This document shows positions 10,100 through 21,533 of a stretch of DNA of 48,917 nt, in pieces. Location: NCBI GenBank assembly GCA_002269645.1, contig NIVC01001140.1:1-48917 (forward strand), written 5' to 3'. A program made the translations under genes and the position numbers. The notes under the pieces were generated by a model. It was given only the letters and a program-made list of their open reading frames with translations. It did no database searches and was not told the DNA's origin. Origin of the DNA: Macrostomum lignano (Eukaryota). Every line of letters begins with the position of its first letter. Position 1 is the stretch's first letter.

Positions 10100-13000
10100 G
10101 TTCGACTGTTGAGAGCGCTCAGCTTTTTGTTCCACCAGCAACCTTTTTAATCATACTTAGCAGTCCCGGATCAACTCAGGATTGTCATCAGCCACCGATC
10201 CCGGTATTTGAGCCTATTTGGGATCCGCACCAGCCACTGATCCCGGTATTTGAGCACTCTATTTGGGATCCTCTCCCAGCCACTGATCCCGGTATTTGAG
10301 CACTCTATTTGGGATCCTCTCCCAGCCACAGATCCCGGTATTTGAGCACTCTATTTGGGATCCGCACCAGCCACTGATCCCGGTATTTAAGCCTATTTGG
10401 GATCCTCTCCCAGCCACTGATCCCGGTATTTGAGCACTCTATTTGGGATCCTCTCCCAGCCACAGATCCCGGTATTTGAGCACTCTATTTGGGATCCTCT
10501 CCCAGCCACTGATCCCGGTATTTGAGCACTCTATTTGGGATCCTCTCCCAGCCACTGATCCCGGTATTTGAGCCTATTTGGGATCCTCACCCAGCCACTG
10601 ATCCCGGTATATGAGCACTCTATTTGGGATTCTGTACAAGCTATGGATCCAGAGATACGGGATTTGAGCATTCAAGTCGCGATCTTCTCCCAGCTATTGA
10701 TCCCGGGATCTGAGCACTTTTTGGGACCATCTGCCGCTCAATACTCCCAGGATTTGAGAGCCACAATTTTACTGGGATGTCTCTTGGCCTGAAAGGAGCT
10801 CTCCCACAACATTAAGCGCAAATTCTGAGGGTATTTACGAGCTAAAAGTGGAGTGACTCTGTGAAACTGATGCAGTTAAATTACCAGTGTATCTCAGATA
10901 CTTGATTAAAAATTGCTGTCTGCATTGCACTAGGAATTACCAATTTACTCGTATTTACACCTGTACTCGTAGTTTGAGCGACCTGTCTACACAGTACAGC
11001 TAAGCAAGTGCGCTTCTAGCTCAGAAATCTCTGAGGTGGCGACCTTTGCTTAGTTAACATTCATGGCAGATTTCAAAGCATGCCAAAATTCTGTCTATAC
11101 CCGATCCTCGCTACTCTTAGTAGAGGAATGTGCTGGTCTGCTTCAGTTTTTCTCCAAGTCGAAGCCTTCTTGCGGCCGAATGAATTTTATTTAGATAGGA
11201 ATTCGATGATCAAATCGGATTTGATTGCTTCCAACCCACTAAGGGGATTTCTTATCTACGTCAGAAACTTTTTTATTTTTCTTACACCTCTAAATTGTAT
11301 TTTTTCCATCGCCTAAACATCCGCCAGGTGGGATGACACCCCCGGCTGGGTGCGTCTCAGTGATTCCAAGCGCCGCATCGACCAGATCGAGCTGGACGAC
11401 GGCGGCTTCACGGTGCAGGACTGCTACGGCCGCATCTTCGTGCCCCGCAACAACCTCACCATCTTCGTGATGGGGAACCGCCTGCCCGATGATGCCAACC
11501 TAAAGGAGATTCGCAAGATGTTCCGCAACCTCAACCGGCACATGGTGGAGGAGGAGTGGCGGATGACCTGCAGCAAGCAGCTCCGTGTAATCCTCAAGCC
11601 CAGCCGGCACAGAGCTGCCAAGACCGACGGCCATGAGACGGGCAACACCGCGGATCTCCGGAACAGACTCAAAAGAAGGCATTCCCCACTGCTTGATGAG
11701 TCCGAGCCCAGCGTCAAGTCAGCCGAGCCCACAGAGAAGCACCTGACGGAGCTGCGGCAGTGGCGCTTCGCCCGCTCCTTGGTGGACGTCTTCCTGAAGG
11801 GAGACGGCAGGATGTACCACACAGCGGATAAGAACCTTTCGGAGGCGCAGAACATGCTGGACCGCTGGCTGCTGTCCTTCCAGCTGGACTACGCTGGCAG
11901 CATGGACTCGCGCTACCCGCTGTTTCCGCAAAGCCTGAGCGAGGAGGACTCGGTGAACCAGAAGCTGATCGACGAGTGCGTGGAGAAGAAGTTCAGCTCG
12001 GACAGGGAGAACGCCAGGACCATCTTTGGTCAGTTGGAGCAGCGACTGCGCAAGTTCCTGAAGGACGATGGCAGGGACGAAGACACGAGCGACCTCCGCA
12101 TAGAGCTGATTGAGGACAGCAAAGATGCAGCTCACGTGACACTGGGCGACTTCAAGTCCAAGCACTGCTGGCGCGTGAAGTTCCTGGTGCGCAACTTCGG
12201 ACTGCTGCCAGCCACCAGGATGCTGATCAGGTACGAGGCGCTGGGCACCGGCAGTCTGCAGTGGGGCGACCCCATCACAGTGCACAATGCACTGCATGAC
12301 CTCATGGGAGTTCGGTACGAGGGCTTCGCGTCTCCTCTGAACTCCAAGATGATCGACAAGGCGGACTCTCGCTTCTGCAGCCTCTTCATCGACACTGACG
12401 AGGAGTTCGGCAGCATGGGCAGCTTCTTCAAGGTGGACTTCTCCAAGTGCCACGGTGGATGGACGGTCAACCCGCCCTTCATCGAGGAGCTCATGGACCG
12501 GGTGGCCACCAAGGTGCTGAACTACCTGGACACTGGCGATGAGAACTGCTGGTTCTTCGTCACCTTCCCCAGGTTCGACTGTTGAGAGCGCTCAGCGTTT
12601 TGTTCCACCAGCAACCTTTTTAATCTACTTAGTAGTCCTGGATCAACTCAGAATCCTCATCAGCCACCGATCCCGGTATTTGAGCCTATTTGGGATCCGC
12701 ACCAGCCACTGATCCCGGTATTTGAGCACTCTATTTGGGATCCTCTCCCAGCCACTGATCCCGGTATTTGAGCCTATTTGGGATCCTCTCCCAGCCACTG
12801 ATCCCGGTATTTGAGCCTATTTGGGATCCTTACCAGCCACTGATCCCGGTATTTAAGCCTATTTGGGATCCGCACCAGCCACTGATCCCGGTATTTGAGC
12901 ACTCTATTTGGGATCCTCTCCCAGCCACTGATCCCGGTATTTGAGCACTCTATTTGGGATCCTCTCCCAGCCACTGATCCCGGTATTTGAGCCTATTAGG

Positions 13001-15923
13001 GATCCTCACCCAGCCACTGATCCCGGTATTTGAGCCCATTTGGGATCCTCTCCCAGCCACTGATCCCGGTATTTGAGCCTATTAGGGATCCTCACCCAGC
13101 CACTGATCCCGGTATTTGAGCCCATTTGGGATCCTTACCAGCCACTGATCCCGGTATTTGAGCCTATTTGGGATCCTTACCAGCCACTGATCCCGGTATT
13201 TGAGCCTATTTGGGATCCTCTCCCAGCCACTGATCCCGGGATTCAAGCACTATTAGGGATCCTCACCCAGCCACTGATCCCGGTATTTGAGCACTCTATT
13301 TGGGATCCTCTCCCAGCCACTGATCCCGGTATTTAAGCCCATTTGGGATCCTTACCAGCCACTGATCCCGGTATTTGAGCCTATTTGGGATCCTCTCCCA
13401 GCCACTGATCCCGGTATTTGAGCACTCTATTTGGGATCCTCACCCAGCCACTGATCCCGGTATTTGAGCCTATTTGGGATCCTTACCAGCCACTGATCCC
13501 GGTATTTGAGCCTATTTGGGATCCTCTCCCAGCCACTGATCCCGGTATTTGAGCACTCTATTTGGGATTCTCTCCAAGCTATGGATCCAGAGATACGGGA
13601 TTTGAGCATTCAAGTCGCGATCCTCTCCCAGCTATTGATCCCGGGATCTGAGCACTTTTTGGGACCATCTGCCGCTCAATACTCCCAGGATTTGAGAGCC
13701 ACAATTTTACTGGGATGTCTCTTGGCCTGAAAGGAGCTCTCCTTCTACAACATTAAGCGCAAATTCTGAGGGTATCTACTAGCCATAAGTGGAGTGACTC
13801 TGTGAAACTGATGCAGTTAAATTACCAGTGTATCTCAGATACTTGATTAAAAATTGCTGTCTGCATTGTGCTACAAATTATCAATTTATATACGATCGTA
13901 GTTTAAGCGATCTGTCCACACAGTAGCAAAGCAGTGCGCTCATTCATGGCAGATTTCAAAGCATGCCAAAATTCCGTCTATATCCGATCCTAGCTACTCT
14001 TAGTGGAGGAATGTGCTGGTCTGCTTCAGTTTTCTCCAAATCGAAAGGGACAACCGCTACCAATTAAATTTTATTGGGATTCGGTGATCAAAACAGTGTT
14101 GATTGCTTCGAACTCACCGAGGTGATTTCTCCGCTTAGCCAGATACTTCCACTGTTTGAGTACTTTTGTTTTTTATTTCGTACTTTTAGTTCTCCTTAGT
14201 TACATCTCTAATTTGTATTATTTTCCGTTGCCGAAAATCCGCCAGGTGGGATGACACCCCCGGCTGGGTGCGTCTCAGTGATTCCAAGCGCCGCATCGAC
14301 CAGATCGAGCTGGACGACGGCGGCTTCACGGTGCAGGACTGCTACGGCCGCATCTTCGTGCCCCGCAACAACCTCACCATCTTCGTGATGGGGAACCGCC
14401 TGCCCGATGATGCCAACCTAAAGGAGATTCGCAAGATGTTCCGCAACCTCAACCGGCACATGGTGGAGGAGGAGTGGCGGATGACCTGCAGCAAGCAGCT
14501 CCGTGTAATCCTCAAGCCCAGCCGGCACAGAGCTGCCAAGACCGACGGCCATGAGACGGGCAACACCGCGGATCTCCGGAACAGACTCAAAAGAAGGCAT
14601 TCCCCACTGCTTGATGAGTCCGAGCCCAGCGTCAAGTCAGCCGAGCCCACAGAGAAGCACCTGACGGAGCTGCGGCAGTGGCGCTTCGCCCGCTCCTTGG
14701 TGGACGTCTTCCTGAAGGGAGACGGCAGGATGTACCACACAGCGGATAAGAACCTTTCGGAGGCGCAGAACATGCTGGACCGCTGGCTGCTGTCCTTCCA
14801 GCTGGACTACGCTGGCAGCATGGACTCGCGCTACCCGCTGTTTCCGCAAAGCCTGAGCGAGGAGGACTCGGTGAACCAGAAGCTGATCGACGAGTGCGTG
14901 GAGAAGAAGTTCAGCTCGGACAGGGAGAACGCCAGGACCATCTTTGGTCAGTTGGAGCAGCGACTGCGCAAGTTCCTGAAGGACGATGGCAGGGACGAAG
15001 ACACGAGCGACCTCCGCATAGAGCTGATTGAGGACAGCGAAGATGCAGCTCACGTGACACTGGGCGACTTCAAGTCCAAGCACTGCTGGCGCGTGAAGTT
15101 CCTGGTGCGCAACTTCGGACTGCTGCCAGCCACCAGGATGCTGATCAGGTACGAGGCGCTGGGCACCGGCAGTCTGCAGTGGGGCGACCCCATCACAGTG
15201 CACAATGCACTGCATGACCTCATGGGAGTTCGGTACGAGGGCTTCGCGTCTCCTCTGAACTCCAAGATGATCGACAAGGCGGACTCTCGCTTCTGCAGCC
15301 TCTTCATCGACACTGACGAGGAGTTCGGCAGCATGGGCAGCTTCTTCAAGGTGGACTTCTCCAAGTGCCACGGTGGCTGGCATGTGAACCCACCCTTCAT
15401 CGAGGCCATGATGGACCGGGTGGCCTCAAGGATTTTGGACTATCTGGACACTGGCGATGAGAACTGCTGGTTCTTCGTCACCTTCCCCAGGTGGGACGAT
15501 GCCCCCAGCTGGGAGCGCCTCAGCCTCTCTAAGCACCTCATTGACAAGTTTGCGCTTGACAATGGCGGCTTCACGGTGCAGGACGGCTACGGCCGCGTCT
15601 TCGAGCCGCGCAACAACCTCACCATCTTCGTGCTGGGCCACCGCCTTCCCGAGGGCGCCAACCTGCAGGAGATTCGCAAGATGTTCCGCAACCTGGACAA
15701 GAGCAGGGTGGAGCAGGAGTGGCAGATGACCTGCGGCAAGCAGCTCCGCCGAATGCTCACGGCCACCCGGCGCAGTGCAGTCAGGGTTTCTGGGGACTCC
15801 CCAGCTCGCTGCCTCCCAGACGATGACGTGCCGTCCGCCGCCCCGGCAGTGCTGCCCGCCAAGCCCGTCATCGACCCGCAGCTGAAGCCGAATCGCCAGT
15901 TGAAGCGGTTCAAGAAGTCCTAG
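9171..15923 (+). CDS. Triple-domain PCIF1/CAPAM-like N6-adenine methyltransferase without a WW domain; three exons, ~1283 aa
   Basis: Exons 9171-10099, 11328-12572, 14246-15923. Both introns are phase 2 (CCC AG|GTTCGA ... CCGCCAG|G TGG) and restore FPR-WDD, which is contiguous in the third module. The total is 3852 nt, a multiple of 3. Each module has RYEALG..LQW, EGFASPLN, RFCSLF.DTD..FGS.GSFF and VNPPF, the PCIF1-family pattern. Confidence 0.82.
10188..10630. repeat. Minisatellite, 42-46 bp unit, in PCIF1-like intron 1
   Basis: ccggtatttgagc(act)ctatttgggatcctctcccagccactgatc. Confidence 0.95.
11328..12572 (+). CDS. PCIF1-like exon 2: C-terminal part of module 1, linker, and core of module 2
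   Basis: Acceptor ccgccag ends at 11327. The exon is 1245 nt (415 codons, one repeat unit) and lies within ORF 11350..12585. Confidence 0.85.
12660..13570. repeat. Same 42-46 bp minisatellite, expanded, in PCIF1-like intron 2
   Basis: About twice the length of the intron-1 array; accounts for most of the 445-bp intron length difference. Confidence 0.95.
14246..15923 (+). CDS. PCIF1-like exon 3: C-terminal part of module 2, complete module 3, and basic tail
   Basis: Acceptor at 14245; ORF 14268..15923 ends in KPNRQLKRFKKS*. Confidence 0.88.
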
Positions 15924-16815
15924 CCGGGCCCTGGCTGCACGCTGCTGCGGCTCCCGCAAGCTCCGTGCCCGCTGATGCCGCCCCGATTATTCAAGTTGAG
16001 ATGTTTGCTTCTTCTGCAGCCTCCTGCTGTCTGATTAACTTTTCAATACTGTTTTGATTTGTTTTACTATGCGGTAAATTAATGATAATGTTCCAATTTT
16101 AATCCTTATATAATTAGACTCTCTAGACAGACTAAAAGATTTTCCAATTGTTTTATGTTTGTATTTCATTTAACTTTTTGGCCATTGCTTGAGCGGGGAC
16201 TGCTCAGGTGTAGGACGCTGCACTTCTCACGCCAGCACTAATCAGCCCCGTTTGCATGGGGACGTATAAAGTATGTCCACTATATGGAGACCAGCAAACT
16301 TAAACAAATTGGGCCACTCTCGAATATGCGAATAAGCTACTTTCAGTTGATTAGTAAATTAAGCATTTTAATATATTTATGAGAAGACTCAGCTGTTATC
16401 CCCCCAGCTTCCGAAATGACTGCCAACTATCCACATTTGACCTCTACCTGCCCGCCGCCCAATGTTTATCGTTACAGAGCAAAATATTGTTTAACTGCAT
16501 GCGCTAATAGTGCTGTGAAAATCCATTTGACGTAACCTCGTGATTTTTGTCTGTCCATAAAGCAATGAAAACTCGAGAAATAAAAGCCATCAGTCAATTC
16601 AATATTCCATTAGAATCATACTACAACTGGGTTATATTTTATACTGTAACAGCTTCATGAATTTAACTAAAAAATGTAATGAGCACTGATGACTATTGTG
16701 GGATGGCTGAACTTTCTAGCGATGCGAGCAGAAAATATGAAGACAGTAATAATAGTGGGGTAAAAAGTACATTCTAGAAATGTTAAACCGCACGATCGGA
16801 CCAGGTCAGCAGGCG

Positions 16816-17307
16816 TCACAGTCTCATCACCCGGCAGCTGCGCACGTCTTTGGAGAAGCTGCGCACGATGGCAACGCCCTGGCAGCTGCCCAGGACCTCC
16901 GTGGCCGTCTGCCTGACGGTAAGGTTCCCACAGGCGTAGTTGTGCTCGAGCTCCATTGAGCCGGTTGGACTCGGGCTGATGCACTTGGACTCCGAGTGGG
17001 CAAGGCCCTGCTCCGGCAGGTGGTTCCAGTAGTGTCTGCAAGTCTCCATCCGGCAAGGCCCGGAGGTGTCGACGCTGCATCTGCGGACCTCGCTCTCCGG
17101 CGTCAGCCTTTGCATTCCCTCGGGCAGGAAGACTAGGAAAGTGTCGTTCCGGGTCAGGTTGGCCGCGAAGCCGGAGCCGCAGCGGTCAGTCACCAGTCGC
17201 AGCAGGTTGGTCGGCTGCAGGGCCTGGCCCTGAGGCTGCATCAGCCACAGGCAGAGCAGGAGAGCCGCTGCTGCCAGGCTGGGCTTGCTGCTAGTTTCTG
17301 GGCGCAT
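16816..17307 (-). CDS. Small secreted cysteine-rich protein of unknown family, single exon, 163 aa
   Basis: ATG at 17307 follows a ttttcaccagcagca acceptor-like context. Signal peptide SLAAAALLLCLWLMQPQGQA, eight Cys in the mature part, three N-x-T sequons, and GC-rich coding-like composition against AT-rich flanks. Confidence 0.7.
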   Translation of the reverse strand: MRPETSSKPSLAAAALLLCLWLMQPQGQALQPTNLLRLVTDRCGSGFAANLTRNDTFLVFLPEGMQRLTPESEVRRCSVDTSGPCRMETCRHYWNHLPEQGLAHSESKCISPSPTGSMELEHNYACGNLTVRQTATEVLGSCQGVAIVRSFSKDVRSCRVMRL

Positions 17308-18149
17308 TGCTGCTGGTGAAAAACAGCTGTTCCAAGGCAAAATTTGGCTTAGTGGGAGCTCAGGGCCTGCGGTCTCGCCTTTTGTAGTCTCGGGGCGGGA
17401 GGAGGGGGACCCCGGGGGCTCCTCGAGCCTTCCTCCACGCGGGCTCGCAGCGAGTAGAGGCATTGGTTGCCGCAGCTGCAGGATGCTTGGGCTTATTTTA
17501 GAAACTTTTTATTCCTGGCTTCCATTTTTAGCATTCGAAGCTTCCTTGGCAAGTGCTCACAATAGCCAGGCAGGCATGCTCAGGCCATTGTCAAACCGCC
17601 CCACAGTATTCTCTTTTTACTGCAGCAACACTTGCAGACGTAAAATATCTCAGCCCAAGTGGCAGCCCGCCTTCCCACGACCCGACTCACTGTGACTCAT
17701 TGTGCGCTGCACTGAATGAGAAAACTGCCACAGTGAAGCATTTCAGGGCGCAAAAGTGGATCCGAAATCTCTCAGACTGCTTCTGAAAATCAGTCAAACT
17801 GGTTCTTTGCTTGACTTGAAATTCCGTAGATCAACCAAAATGCCTCAGCTTAAAGAGTTGAGAGTTAGCTTAGCTTAGCTTAGCTTAGTTTTTAAGAGTT
17901 AGCTTAAAAAGATGGTCCAGGGAAATCGGCTGCTTCTACACGTGTTTCAATGAATTCAGGAGGCCACTTTAATCCATTCTTTAATTCCCACTTGACAGCT
18001 GAATCAAGTCTAAATACTTAAGTGTGTAAAGTTTTTTTAAGTCATTGAGAGAAATATGGAGATAGCCATTTACGTTGGCCTGTTTAAGCGAACTCACGGA
18101 AAACTGAATGTCCTGGATCGAGACAGGGTCACCCCTCTTACTCCTTACT

Positions 18150-19312
18150 GCCTTACATGTACTAACTGCCTTACTAACTGTCTTACTAACTGTCTTACTA
18201 ACTGTCTTACTAACTGTCTTACTAACTGTCTTACTAACTGCCTTACTGTCTTACTTACTGCCTTACTAACTGTCTTCCTAACTGTCTTACTAACTGTCTT
18301 ACTAACTGCCTTACTAACTCCCTTACCAACTGCCTTACTAACTGTCTTCCTAACTGCCTTACTGTCTTACTTACTGCCTTACTAACTGTCTTCCTAACTG
18401 CCTTACTAACTGTCTTACTTACTGCCTTACTAACTGTCTTACTTACTGCCTTACTAACTGCCTTACTAACTGTCTTACTAACTGCCTTACTAACTGCCTT
18501 ACCAACTGCCTTACTAACTGTCTTCCTAACTGCCTTACTGTCTTACTTACTGCCTTACTAACTGTCTTCCTAACTGCCTTACTGACTGTCTTACTTACTG
18601 CCTTACTAACTGTCTTACTTACTGCCTTACTAAATGTCTTACTTACTGCCTTACTAACTGTCTTACTTACTGCCTTACTAACTGTCTTACTTACTGCCTT
18701 ACTAACTGTCTTACTTACTGCCTTACTAACTGTCTTACTTACTGCCTTACTAACTGCCTTACTAACTGTCTTACTAACTGCCTTACTAACTGCCTTACCA
18801 ACTGCCTTACTAACTGTCTTCCTAACTGCCTTACTGTCTTACTTACTGCCTTACTAACTGTCTTCCTAACTGCCTTACTAACTGTCTTACTTACTGCCTT
18901 ACTAACTGTCTTACTTACTGCCTTACTAAATGTCTTACTTACTGCCTTACTAACTGTCTTACTTACTGCCTTACTAACTGTCTTACTTACTGTCTTACTA
19001 ACTGTCTTACTTACTGTCTTACTAACTGTCGTACTTACTGCCTTGCTAACTGTCTTACTTACTGCCTTACTAACTGTCTTACTTACTGCCTTACTAACTG
19101 TCTTACTTACTGTCTTACTAACTGCCTTACTAACTGTCTTACTAACTGTCTTACTTACTGCCTTACTAACTGTCTTACTTACTGCCTTACTAACTGTCTT
19201 ACTTACTGTCTTACTAACTGTCTTACTTACTGCCTTACTAACTGTCTTACTTACTGCCTTACTAACTGTCGTACTTACTGCCTTGCTAACTGTCTTACTT
19301 ACTGCCTTACTA
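18150..19312. repeat. 12 bp-unit tandem repeat (cttactaactgt / cttactaactgc)
   Basis: Direct inspection. Confidence 0.95.
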
Positions 19313-19669
19313 CTTCAGAATTATGAAGCTCAAAAAAGCAAATCTGGTTTAACAACGCGAGACAGGACAAAGCAGGAACATGCCTTACAGGTGACTATTG
19401 TTCTCAGTCCGGGGTGCGGTCCGAAATGCCTTCTCAGCTTTTATGATGCCGCCCTAATTTATGGCCCCCAGGACGCTGGAAAACTTGCCGTCGCGCGCAT
19501 TTTGCTGCTCCTGCGAGACTCTTGTGAACGGAATCTGAGATTGTTATTGCTTCTCAGCTCTCATTCAAACTGGCTCGAGCGGCATTGCCAATGCGGATGG
19601 ATGCGGATATTTCTGCTTTTAAGGGGTTCCGGGTTAACACTCTGACCACCTGACTATTCATAACTGACC

Positions 19670-21500
19670 ATCCTTCTCTCTCTCTCTCTCTCTCTCTCTC
19701 CATCTCCATCTCTCATTATATCTCTCCATCTCCATCTCTCATTGTATCTCTCGATCTCCATCTCTCATTATATCTCTCCACCTCCATCTCTCATTGTATC
19801 TCTCGATCTCCATCTCTCATTATATCTCTCCATCTCTATCTCTCATTGTATCTCTCGATCTCCATCTCTCATTGTATCTCTCGATCTCCATCTCTCATTG
19901 TATCTCTCGATCTCCATCACTCATTGTATCTCTCGATCTCCATCTCTCATTGTATCTCTCGATCTCCATCTCTCATTGTATCTCTCGATCTCCATCTCTC
20001 ATTATATCTCTCTATCTCTATCTCTCATTATATCTCTTCATCTCCATCTCTCATTATATCTCTCCACCTCCATCTCTCATTATATCTCTTCATCTCCATC
20101 TCTCATTATATCTCTCCATCTCCATCTCTCATTATATCTCTCCATCTCTATCTCTAGTTGTATCTCTCGATCTCCATCTCTCATTATATCTCTCCATTTC
20201 TATCTCTCATTGTATCTATCAATCTCCATCTCTCATTGTATCTCTCGATCTCCATCTCTCATTATATCTCTCGATCTCCATCCCTTGTTGTATCTCTCCA
20301 TCTCCATCTCTCATTATATCTCTCTATCTCTATCTCTCATTATATCTCTCGATCTCCATCTCTCATTATATCTCTCCATCTCCATCTCACATTATATCTT
20401 TCGATCTCCATCTCTCATTATATCTCTCCATCTCCATCTCACATTATATCTCTCGATCTCCATCTCTCATTATATCTCTCCATCTCCATCTCTCATTATA
20501 TCTCTCCTTCTCCATCTCTCATTGTATCTCTCGATCTCCATCTCTCATTATATCTCTCCACCTCCATCTCTCATTGTATCTCTCGATCTCCATCTCTCAT
20601 TATATCTCTCCATCTCTATCTCTCATTGTATCTCTCGATCTCCATCTCTCATTGTATCTCTCGATCTCCATCTCTAGTTGTATCTCTCGATCTCCATCTC
20701 TCATTGTATCTCTCGATCTCCATCTCTCATTGTATCTCTCGATCTCCATCTCTCATTGTATCTCTCGATCTCCATCTCTCATTATATCTCTCTATCTCTA
20801 TCTCTCATTATATCTCTTCATCTCCATCTCTCATTATATCTCTCCACCTCCATCTCTCATTATATCTCTTCATCTCCATCTCTCATTATATCTCTCCATC
20901 TCCATCTCTCATTATATCTCTCCATCTCTATCTCTAGTTGTATCTCTCGATCTCCATCTCTCATTATATCTCTCCATTTCTATCTCTCATTGTATCTATC
21001 AATCTCCATCTCTCATTGTATCTCTCGATCTCCATCTCTCATTATATCTCTCGATCTCCATCCCTTGTTGTATCTCTCCATCTCCATCTCTCATTATATC
21101 TCTCTATCTCTATCTCTCATTATATCTCTCGATCTCCATCTCTCATTATATCTCTCCATCTCCATCTCACATTATATCTTTCGATCTCCATCTCTCATTA
21201 TATCTCTCCATCTCCATCTCACATTATATCTCTCGATCTCCATCTCTCATTATATCTCTCCATCTCCATCTCTCATTATATCTCTCCATCTCCATCTCTC
21301 ATTATATCTCTTCATCTCCATCTCACATTATATCTCTCCATCTCCATCCCTCATTATATCTCTCCATCTCCATCTTTCATTATATCTCTCCATCTCCATC
21401 TCTAATTATATCTCTCGATCTCCATCTCTCATTATATCTCTCTATCTCTATCTCTCATTATATCTCTCGATCTCCATCTCTCATCATATCTCTCTCCATC
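19670..21500. repeat. CT-rich 26 bp-unit repeat with a 780-bp higher-order duplication
   Basis: Unit tctccatctccatctctcattatatc. Lines 20161 and 20941, and lines 19741 and 20521, are identical. Confidence 0.95.
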
Positions 21501-21533
21501 CAAGGACGACTAAAGTAACTTAAGTAGTCCTTG
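21501..21533. mobile_element. Short dispersed hairpin element, copy 2
   Basis: caaggacgactaaagtaacttaagtagtccttg, inserted near the end of the CT-rich repeat. Confidence 0.4.

Noticed and set aside
9171-12585. Interpretation as three independent genes, two of them truncated pseudogenes ending FPRFDC*
   Set aside because: Phase-matched GT/AG sites rebuild the full module seen uninterrupted in copy 3, and ORFs 11350 and 14268 start with the C-terminal half of the preceding module. The single-gene model fits better, pending cDNA.
9246-15409. Antisense ORFs (244-248 aa, 126 aa, 143 aa) over the PCIF1-like exons
   Set aside because: Shadow ORFs of GC-rich coding sequence, duplicated along with the exons.
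17865-17905. (TTAGC)n short run resembling a telomeric repeat
   Set aside because: Only a few units, interstitial, and not the expected TTAGGG.
19742-21523. Long ORFs (up to 574 aa) of SLSISHY repeats
   Set aside because: Stop-free translations of a CT-rich simple repeat; no coding signal.
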